Assembly (NCBI GenBank): GCA_001782235.1
Contig: MFOC01000007.1
Coordinates: 13,094-77,093, forward strand
From: Candidatus Levybacteria bacterium RIFCSPHIGHO2_02_FULL_40_18
GTDB lineage: Bacteria > Patescibacteriota > Microgenomatia > Levybacterales > GWA1-39-11
Length of the DNA stretch: 64,000 bases
Direction: 5' to 3'
Shown: in pieces, positions 57,055 through 64,000 of the stretch
Layout of the letters: each line of letters begins with the position of its first letter
Position numbering within the stretch: the stretch's first letter is position 1
The notes under the pieces: generated by a model
The model's input: only the letters and a program-made list of their open reading frames with translations
Databases searched by the model: none
What the model was told of the DNA's origin: nothing
Program-made: the position numbers and the translations under genes

Positions 57055-58137
57055 ATGGTACGGGTTGCAATCAATGGTTATGGAAGAATTGGTAGAGTGG
57101 CGCATCGAGTGATTCTTCTTTCGCACACGGATGAAATCGATGTTGTTGCCATAAATGCTGGATCCTCAACTGATATAACCGGTTGGATGTATCTTTTAAA
57201 ATACGATACTGTTTATGGCGCCCTGCAAAATACTAATCTTTCGGTCAAAAAAGCAGAGGAAGTAAAACTACCATTCGAATCTCAAGCGTTGCCAATAGGC
57301 GCGCTTATTATTAATTCGAAAGAAATTCCTGTCTTCTCTGAAAAGGAGCCTGAAAAACTTCCGTGGCGGGACTTAAATGTTGATGTTGTAATTGAATCGA
57401 CTGGCCACTTTACAACCAACGAGGGTTTGCAAAAACATATTACTGCAGGATCAAAGGCAGCAATTTTATCTGCGCCATATAAAGATGAAGCTTCAGGTAG
57501 CACTTATGTTTTAGGGGTAAACCTTCCACAAGATGGATCTATTCGAACCGAGAATATTGTGAGCAATGCCTCTTGTACTACAAATTGTATTACTCCGATT
57601 GCACATGTAATAGAGCAAGCTTTTGGAATAGAAAAAGCCATGATGACAACAATTCATGGATATACATCGGATCAAAGAATTCAGGACGGAGGACACAAAG
57701 ATTATAGACGCGCAAGAGCTGCGGCAGAAAACATTATCCCAACATCAACAGGCGCGACAAAAGCTGCTGCAAAAGCTATCCCAACGCTCGAAGGAAAATT
57801 TAACGGGCTGGCGATTCGCGTTCCGGTGCCAACAGGATCTTTATCGGACTTTACTTTTTTGGTAAAGCGAAATACAACCGTTGAAGAAGTTAATCAAGCA
57901 CTTGAACAAGCATCCAAAGAGCCGCAATTCGAAGGAATACTGCAGGTGACCCACGATCCAATAGTCTCATCAGATATAATCGGAAATTACCATTCGGCAA
58001 TCGCAGATCTTTCCCTCACGCAAGTTGTCGGCGGGAACATGGTAAAAGTGATTGCCTGGTATGATAACGAATTCGGCTACTCAAATAGATTGGTAGAAGA
58101 AGCAATTATTCTAGGCAAGCAAGTCCTTCCAACATAA
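57055..58137 (+). CDS. gap: Type I glyceraldehyde-3-phosphate dehydrogenase
   Basis: MVRVAINGYGRIGR and the SNASCTTNC active site. Confidence 0.9.
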   Translation: MVRVAINGYGRIGRVAHRVILLSHTDEIDVVAINAGSSTDITGWMYLLKYDTVYGALQNTNLSVKKAEEVKLPFESQALPIGALIINSKEIPVFSEKEPEKLPWRDLNVDVVIESTGHFTTNEGLQKHITAGSKAAILSAPYKDEASGSTYVLGVNLPQDGSIRTENIVSNASCTTNCITPIAHVIEQAFGIEKAMMTTIHGYTSDQRIQDGGHKDYRRARAAAENIIPTSTGATKAAAKAIPTLEGKFNGLAIRVPVPTGSLSDFTFLVKRNTTVEEVNQALEQASKEPQFEGILQVTHDPIVSSDIIGNYHSAIADLSLTQVVGGNMVKVIAWYDNEFGYSNRLVEEAIILGKQVLPT

Positions 58138-58231
58138 TTCAAAATTCAAAGGTCAAAGGTCAAAAGTTAAAGTAAAAATCCAAAAGATTTAGAGACTTTT
58201 AACTTCTGCGGTCTTTTTGCTATACTACATT

Positions 58232-58816
58232 ATGGCTTCGCCGTTTGATGTTCCCGGTATTCGTATTGTTACTATTTCCGGCCGCATTGCCTCGGGTTCT
58301 ACAACGCTTGCAAATCATTTGGCAGAAAAATTAGGATGGCGTCATCTTGAAGGTGGAGAAATATTTTGGGAAACGGTTCGAAAGAAAATGGGACTTGCAG
58401 AGAAAGATACAAATCTTCGGCCTGACCAGGAGGACGAATTATTTGATGCAAAGCTTAAACAGATTCTAAAAGAAGAAAAGCACATTGTTCTTGAAACAAA
58501 ACTTGCGGCTTTTAATGCACAGGAGATTGAAGGAATATTTAAGATTCTTGTTCTTTGCGAGAAGAATGGGGAAGACCAGCCGCAAATAAGAATTGACCGT
58601 TTAATAAATCGTGAGGGTATAAGCGTTGATGAGGCAAAGGAAGAAGTTTTACACCGAGAGCAAAGTGACCTTGAAAAATGGAGAAAACTCTATGCAAACT
58701 CTGACCCCAATTGGGTTTATTGGGACAAAAAATATTATGATCTAGTTATTAATACATATGACAAAAATAGTGAACAAACCTTCCAGACTGCCCTCACAGC
58801 TTTAGGTATTGGTTGA
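58232..58816 (+). CDS. cmk: Cytidylate kinase (archaeal-type CMP kinase family)
   Basis: ITISGRIASGSTTLANHLAEKLGWRHLEGGEIF P-loop; LINREGISVDEAKEEVLHREQSDLEKWRKLY; YDLVINT. Confidence 0.65.
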   Translation: MASPFDVPGIRIVTISGRIASGSTTLANHLAEKLGWRHLEGGEIFWETVRKKMGLAEKDTNLRPDQEDELFDAKLKQILKEEKHIVLETKLAAFNAQEIEGIFKILVLCEKNGEDQPQIRIDRLINREGISVDEAKEEVLHREQSDLEKWRKLYANSDPNWVYWDKKYYDLVINTYDKNSEQTFQTALTALGIG

Positions 58817-58928
58817 TGGGTTTAGTTTGTGCTGCCAGTATGGTCATAGTTTGAGTTTTAGATCAAAACTTACCGAAAACCACACCCAGTTACCATACGA
58901 GCTGCCACAACCATGCCTTCTAAACTAG

Positions 58929-59294
58929 TCAAAACCCCGATATATTCTCAAGATGCTCAAGACTTTCTACCTTGTTACCGGGCGAAAGAATAATACCTAT
59001 TGCGTCTATTCGCATAAAATCTGGGAGATTAGGATGGAGTTGTTTGTAAAATTGCGCGAGACGTACAAGATGTTTTAATTTCCAAGGGGTAATTGATTCA
59101 AAAGGCGAGCCGAACGAATCAGATCTTCGAGTCTTGACTTCAACAAATACCAAAGTCGAATTTTTGATTGCAATAATATCTATTTCTTGATATTTCTTGC
59201 GAAAGTTTCGCTCAATAATCTTATAGCCTTTGCTCACCAAATACTCGCACGCCAAATCCTCCCCTATTTTTGCAATCGGATTGACTATTTTCAT
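58929..59294 (-). CDS. yraN: YraN family (UPF0102) endonuclease
   Basis: IGEDLACEYLVSKGYKIIERNFR…IDIIA…VFVEVKTR. Confidence 0.8.
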   Translation of the reverse strand: MKIVNPIAKIGEDLACEYLVSKGYKIIERNFRKKYQEIDIIAIKNSTLVFVEVKTRRSDSFGSPFESITPWKLKHLVRLAQFYKQLHPNLPDFMRIDAIGIILSPGNKVESLEHLENISGF

Positions 59295-60421
59295 TTTTCA
59301 AGAGGGGTGAGGCCGGGGAGTTTGTGGCCGGACAGGAATTCTAGCATTGCACCGCCGCCGGTTGAGACAAAATCGAAATTATCAAGAAGATTTATTCGGC
59401 GAAGATACGCCAATGTGTCTCCCCCTCCAACCACTTTATACGCTTTTGTCGAAACAATAAATTCTGCAAGTTCTCGTGTGCCTTGCTCGCTATCTATTTT
59501 GTCAGAAAAATTGATCATTCCGACTGGCCCGTTCCAAACAATAGTCGCGGCCAACCCCAAAATCTGTTTAAAATTCTCTATTGACTTTGGAGTAATATCA
59601 AAACCGTCTTCTCTCAAATCCGCCACTAACACCGCGGACTTTGGCCCTTTTATTTCTTCGTGCTGAACCTTTATTAAAACGCGGGTTTGTTCGGCAATTT
59701 CTCCGCCAACCAGAACATAGTCGGCAACATGGTGCATCTTTGAAACCAGGGGCAGTTTTGTTTCAATTTTTGCCCCTCCAATAAGTACCGCTAGGGGACG
59801 TCTTGCCGCCGGCCCAGAGGGCCTCTGGCCCGGAAGGGGATTATTTAAAATCTTTGAAAGTTCACTAACTTCTTTTGCAAGATGCAATCCGGAATAAGAA
59901 GAAAGAAATTTTGTCACCCCCACAATACTTGCGTGTTCGCGATGACAAACCGCAAAAGCATCATTAACATAAATATCTCCCAGAAGCGCCAATTCACGAG
60001 CGAACGCGAGTCCTGAGGCGGTCGTTGGATTCTTTTCTTCTCCTTTGAAGAATCGAACGTTTTCGATGAGATTAATTCGATCAGTAATTTTCCACCCTGG
60101 AAAATCTCCAATTTTTGTCTCTTCGACTTTCCCATCGAATTTTTTCGCGTACCAATGCGCAATCGATTTTAAACTAAATTCGTTATTTATACTTAATACT
60201 TTATACTTACTACTTAATACTGGCTCCGGCCGCCCAAGATGTCCTACAATATTCACATCCGCCCCTTTTTTTAATAGAAATTCGATTGTCGGAATCGCAG
60301 AAGAAAGTCTTGTATCATCTATTATTCGACCATTTTCGATATCGACATCAGTATCAATCCTAAGCAAAACAGTTTTTCCAGAAAGATCTGAGAGAGAATC
60401 TATTGCGCGAAGTTTACTCAT
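59291..60421 (-). CDS. pgk: Phosphoglycerate kinase
   Basis: Typical Pgk N- and C-terminal domains (…VLLRIDTDV…, …GGGDTLAYL…). Contains an in-frame tandem repeat (SSKYKVLSINNEF). Confidence 0.88.
   Translation of the reverse strand: MSKLRAIDSLSDLSGKTVLLRIDTDVDIENGRIIDDTRLSSAIPTIEFLLKKGADVNIVGHLGRPEPVLSSKYKVLSINNEFSLKSIAHWYAKKFDGKVEETKIGDFPGWKITDRINLIENVRFFKGEEKNPTTASGLAFARELALLGDIYVNDAFAVCHREHASIVGVTKFLSSYSGLHLAKEVSELSKILNNPLPGQRPSGPAARRPLAVLIGGAKIETKLPLVSKMHHVADYVLVGGEIAEQTRVLIKVQHEEIKGPKSAVLVADLREDGFDITPKSIENFKQILGLAATIVWNGPVGMINFSDKIDSEQGTRELAEFIVSTKAYKVVGGGDTLAYLRRINLLDNFDFVSTGGGAMLEFLSGHKLPGLTPLEK
60190..60222. repeat. TACTTAATACT-family tandem repeat, in frame inside pgk
   Basis: tacttaatactttatacttactacttaatactg. 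Confidence 0.75.
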
Positions 60422-60769
60422 TACCTTTTTATACTATTTTTCAGGCAAAGAAAAAAGCCCGGACCGAAAAGTAGTAAGTTGATGAAATGCGTGTGAACGC
60501 ATAAACAGCATGCTAGACGCTGTTGATTCATCAACCGTTCCTAATCGGTCGGGGCTTCTCCTGCACTCTTTGAGTGTCATTCAATTGTTCGCGTACTTAG
60601 CACGACGGGGGTGGGGATGGCCATCTCTTCTCAAGGAAGTGGGCGAGAATTCCGCAAGGAATGCTTGTCACTCCTAGAGCAAAGTAGCCAACCATCACTG
60701 CGTAGAGAATCGAGTCCATTTCGTGCTCCTTTCATGAACGGCGAATCCCGATTTTTCGGAAACCCCAGG

Positions 60770-61192
60770 CTAGGACGAGCTGAGTACTCTCAGCACATCG
60801 TCGAATCGCTCATTCAAGACGAGATCAGCGGGCGTTCTCCCTTCGAGTTGGTGGTTCCTGGTTCGAAGCCATTCACACGCCTTGTCCATGTCTGGAAAGG
60901 CTTGTCGTAGCCTCCTCATAAGGGTTGTACCTGAGGCGAGGTGGCTCGCTTCGATTTTCGAGTAAATCAAGGCGCAGGGGATTTTCTCCCATTCGACCTC
61001 AACCTCATATTCAGGACCTCGTTGCTCTCGGCGATGAATCGCGAGGGCTGCACGTACCCATTCCGAGAACGGAATGCCGCGTTGTCGCGCTTTATCCGCC
61101 TCTTCACGGGCCTTTGCTCGATCCCAACCAAGCTCAACAACCATGTCGTAGACTTCATCTTCTGCCCGAGTGGGTTCATGCATTTGTTCCAC
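60770..61192 (-). CDS. DUF2384-like (Xre/MbcA/ParS-type) antitoxin-domain protein; no cognate RES toxin nearby
   Basis: C-terminal ACEWLRTRNHQLEGRTPADLVLNERFDDVLRVL resembles the toxin-binding domain of MbcA/ParS-type antitoxins. Confidence 0.45.
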   Translation of the reverse strand: MEQMHEPTRAEDEVYDMVVELGWDRAKAREEADKARQRGIPFSEWVRAALAIHRREQRGPEYEVEVEWEKIPCALIYSKIEASHLASGTTLMRRLRQAFPDMDKACEWLRTRNHQLEGRTPADLVLNERFDDVLRVLSSS

Positions 61193-61259
61193 GTCTTTTC
61201 TCCTTGTCTCGCCAAAGGCGGACTGAACGGCGATCCTTCGATGAACTCAGGACCCCGGG

Positions 61260-61451
61260 CTAGATGATGAGGCTTGCTGCGCCAATCAGGATAAGCAATA
61301 CCCCTATTGCCCCTGCAAAACCTAGGAAAACTATCTTGATCGAAACCTCGGTCGCAACGTCGGCCCTTCTTCTAGGCACACCCCAGACATTGAGCCAAGC
61401 AAAGATGATCGCTGCGGCTATGAGGAAGCCTCCGATCTTAATCAGTTCCAT
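61260..61451 (-). CDS. Small hydrophobic membrane protein
   Basis: GGAGGAGAAATG start context; two TM helices. Confidence 0.35.
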   Translation of the reverse strand: MELIKIGGFLIAAAIIFAWLNVWGVPRRRADVATEVSIKIVFLGFAGAIGVLLILIGAASLII

Positions 61452-61485
61452 TTCTCCTCCTTGAGAGAATTAATTTCTTACCATC

Positions 61486-61537
61486 AATATGTGGCATTCC
61501 GAATACCAACTACTTGCTATCCAGAGCGCCACATATT
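61486..61537. promoter_or_regulatory. 10-bp perfect inverted repeat (AATATGTGGC…GCCACATATT) upstream of the island-2 operon; putative operator
   Basis: Read directly; lies ~35 bp upstream of the small membrane-protein start on the minus strand. Confidence 0.4.
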
Positions 61538-61843
61538 ATGGTTTTCCACAAACCCCGAATAATCTTAACCGTTCGCCTTTTCAGTTCTGTTCGAACACGG
61601 CTCACGGAGCGATTTTACGGGGCAGGCAGCTGAATATGTCAAAGTGCTGCGCCTCTTCGGCGCACCCGCCGGCGAGGCGGGAAGAAAATGATTCGAGGCA
61701 AAATTCAAGCCGCTTCAACAACAGCAAAGCTTGCTGGATTAGCTCGGAATTTGCCCCAAAATACGCCTCCGATTATATACTAGAGAAAACAGTTAATCAA
61801 ATCTTATAGGATCTCCTATCTACTGGTATCTAGTTGCTATTCG

Positions 61844-63925
61844 CTAATTTGTTTGTGGAGTAGGAGTAACCGAAGGTATTGAAGCGCGGCAATTTACTGA
61901 ATTTTCGGTTCCTTTTATAAAATACCTATCCTGTCCAAGACAAAATTTCTTTACAACATTTCCGGGAATTATTGTTGCTTGCGGCGTACCGACTTTCTCA
62001 ATCATCATTGTCATTATTTTATTCCACATGGGGGCCGCACCGGTGATCCCTGATGCGAGAGCAGGATTTAGCGGGCTGTTATCATTATTTCCAACCCATG
62101 TAGCAACAAGTACATTTGGGGTAAACCCTACTGTCCAGTTATCACGCTTATTGTCAGTAGTCCCGGTTTTGACGGAAACGCGAGCTCCGGGGATAGCAAG
62201 CGGCGTGTCGATACCAAACTCAATTCTTCTTGCATTGCTGTCCGAAAGTATATCGGAAATTATAAAAGCAACTCCATCATCAAGAACAGAAGTTGCAACA
62301 GGCTCTTTCTCATAAATTGTCTTACCGAACGAATCTTTCACCGAAAGTATTGGATTTAAATTAACTCTATTGCCGCCATTCGCAATTACTCCATAAGCAG
62401 TTGCCATATCCGTCATTCTTACCTCAAGCCCGCCAAGCGTGATAGAAACACCGTAATTTTTGGCCCCTTGCCAAGATGCGATTCCCATTTTTTCTCCAAA
62501 TTCTTTGATTGCCGAGGGGCCCACTTTTTGAGCAACGCGAACCGCCGGGACATTGAAAGAATTGGCAAAAGCAGTGCGAAGGGGTACTTTTCCGTGAAAC
62601 GCTCCGTCATAATTAACAGGTGTATAAGACGGGCCTCCCGGTGTATGAATTGTCAATGGGGTGTCATCAAGAATTGTTGCCTCTGTGTAGCCATTTGATA
62701 AAGCCAATGAATAAGTAACAACTTTTATTGCTGAGCCGGGCTGACGAAGCGCGGTTGTAAGATTAACGTTCCCATTCTGCTCATCAAAATAGTTTTTACT
62801 TCCAACCATAGCAAGAATGTCTCCGTTTAACGGAGCCGTGATTAAAGCCGCGCCGTTTCCAATGTTAAGATAGGCGTTTGCCTCAACTTCTGAAGCAACA
62901 ATCTTTTCTACTTCCTCTTGAAGTGGAAGGTCAATACTTGTAATTACGCTCAAGCCCCCGCGTTCAACTTCACTTAATCCATATTTTTCAACCAGAAGTT
63001 TTCTAACATACATCACGAAATGAGGAGCTTTTATGGGGCTTTGAGGCTTTTTAATAATCAACTCCTCCCGATATGCTTTTTCGGCATCGGCGCGAGTTAT
63101 AAATCTTTCGCGCACCATGGCGTCAAGAACTTCTTTTTGGCGTTTTCTCCAAAGTTCACCATTCCCAAAAATAGGAGAGTAGATAGATGGCGCCCGCGGA
63201 AGCCCTGCAAGGAAAGCAGATTCCCCAAGAGTCAAGTCGGAAACATTTTTCCCAAAATAAATCTCAGCAGCCGATTGTATTCCCCAAGCAGTACCCCCAT
63301 AGGGTACATAGTTTAAATAAAGCTCGAGAATTTCATGTTTGCTGTAAATTCTCTCGGCCCAAAAAGCAAGCGCAACTTCGCGGACTTTTCTTATTATTGT
63401 TGGTTCAGGTGTCAGAAAAGCGGACTTTATAAGCTGCTGGGTGATGGTTGAGCCTCCCTGAAGCTCTGCGCCCTGAAGGTTTGAGACAGCGGCGCGGACA
63501 ATGCCTCGTAAATCAAAACCGGGATGATTGTAGAAATCTCTGTCTTCTATCGCAACTGTTGCATCACGAAGTGCCTTTGGAATATCTTCTAAAGAAACCA
63601 CAGTTCTATTTTGATTCGCAAATATTTCATATAGAAGATTGCCATTCCTATCATAAATTTTAGTAGTTTTAGGAATGTGATTTAAAGAGAGATTGGCAGG
63701 ATTTGGCAGGTCCTGTACAAAGATCAAAGAGACAAGAGGCGCAAAAAGGAAAACAAAGGAAAAAACAAAGCCTATGAAAACATATTTCAACTTATAAAGA
63801 AAAGACGGCCTGTGAATACCATTTCTTAATCTTGCCAGTTTTCTTTGCGAAGTTGTTCTTCTTCCTCTTTTAACAGTAGCCCGTGTTAAATACCATTTCC
63901 AAAAGCTCCCGAAAAAACCTCCCAA
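61844..63925 (-). CDS. Class A penicillin-binding protein (second copy)
   Basis: EDRDFYNHPGFDLRG, GGSTITQQLIKSAFL, transpeptidase region. Confidence 0.85.
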   Translation of the reverse strand: MGGFFGSFWKWYLTRATVKRGRRTTSQRKLARLRNGIHRPSFLYKLKYVFIGFVFSFVFLFAPLVSLIFVQDLPNPANLSLNHIPKTTKIYDRNGNLLYEIFANQNRTVVSLEDIPKALRDATVAIEDRDFYNHPGFDLRGIVRAAVSNLQGAELQGGSTITQQLIKSAFLTPEPTIIRKVREVALAFWAERIYSKHEILELYLNYVPYGGTAWGIQSAAEIYFGKNVSDLTLGESAFLAGLPRAPSIYSPIFGNGELWRKRQKEVLDAMVRERFITRADAEKAYREELIIKKPQSPIKAPHFVMYVRKLLVEKYGLSEVERGGLSVITSIDLPLQEEVEKIVASEVEANAYLNIGNGAALITAPLNGDILAMVGSKNYFDEQNGNVNLTTALRQPGSAIKVVTYSLALSNGYTEATILDDTPLTIHTPGGPSYTPVNYDGAFHGKVPLRTAFANSFNVPAVRVAQKVGPSAIKEFGEKMGIASWQGAKNYGVSITLGGLEVRMTDMATAYGVIANGGNRVNLNPILSVKDSFGKTIYEKEPVATSVLDDGVAFIISDILSDSNARRIEFGIDTPLAIPGARVSVKTGTTDNKRDNWTVGFTPNVLVATWVGNNDNSPLNPALASGITGAAPMWNKIMTMMIEKVGTPQATIIPGNVVKKFCLGQDRYFIKGTENSVNCRASIPSVTPTPQTN

Positions 63926-64000
63926 TCCAAAAATTATTTTTTTTATGGGTATATTAAATGCTATTCTTTTTCTTGGGTTTTTTTTAGCTGGTAACTTAAA

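Larger units (their letters stand above)
60480..61810. other. GC-rich island 2 (~55-60% GC, ~1.3 kb) in the pgk-PBP intergenic position
   Basis: Abrupt composition shift; ORFs carry strong AGGAG SDs; a 9-bp perfect inverted repeat (GTTGATGAA…TTCATCAAC) sits at the left edge, 60479-60537. Confidence 0.7.

Noticed and set aside
60597-60719. 40-aa hydrophobic ORF with an SD downstream of the antitoxin-like gene
   Set aside because: Too short and unsupported to call. Mentioned only as a possible remnant within island 2.

Overview
This 64 kb window looks like the genome of an AT-rich (~40% GC), gene-dense, small-genome bacterium; on inference from the gene set and sequence style, it is probably an uncultivated Candidate Phyla Radiation (Patescibacteria)-like organism. 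The window is mostly conserved housekeeping genes interleaved with accessory and mobile material.

Housekeeping genes recognised directly from translated ORFs (conserved motifs):
- Fic; recF (divergent from Fic); NAD(P)H-hydrate dehydratase; a UMP-kinase-like gene; dsbA-like; mutM.
- fabD; a GT4 glycosyltransferase; a four-helix-bundle protein; a stand-alone 5'-3' exonuclease.
- ftsH; yidD; acylphosphatase; trpS; treT-like trehalose synthase; murD.
- A block of five tRNAs: Met, Arg, Ser, Arg, Ser.
- A XerC/D-like tyrosine recombinase; ftsB/divIC-like; two NUDIX genes; rplY; valS; an RNase H-like gene; a VIT1/CCC1 transporter.
- Two class-A PBPs.
- The rpmH-rnpA-yidC-jag cluster. rpmH (43 aa) is below the ORF-track size cutoff and was found by hand.
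- gap; an archaeal-type cmk; yraN; pgk.

Accessory and unusual content:
1. Short tandem repeats of at least three motif families lie both in intergenic regions and, in frame, inside otherwise conserved genes.
2. An ~83-bp GC-rich element occurs twice, in frame, inside the glycosyltransferase gene.
3. Two ~1.3-1.5 kb GC-rich islands (~55-60% GC) sit in intergenic positions. One carries a DUF2384-like orphan antitoxin next to a palindromic operator.
4. A putative integrated element (~30.1-37.4 kb) has a large serine recombinase, two outward-facing GIY-YIG genes, an Rx4H (HEPN-like) protein and a secreted SNase-Excalibur nuclease.
5. A PP-loop ATPase gene is translationally coupled to murD, and a frameshifted Asp/Glu-racemase gene lies nearby.
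6. A two-gene cassette of unknown function is duplicated, with a conserved leader and one partner inverted.
7. A DUF4258/DUF2283-like toxin-antitoxin-style pair and a VirD4/TraD-like ATPase are present.

No CRISPR array or rRNA was seen. All calls come from reading the sequence and translated ORFs; no database search was possible.
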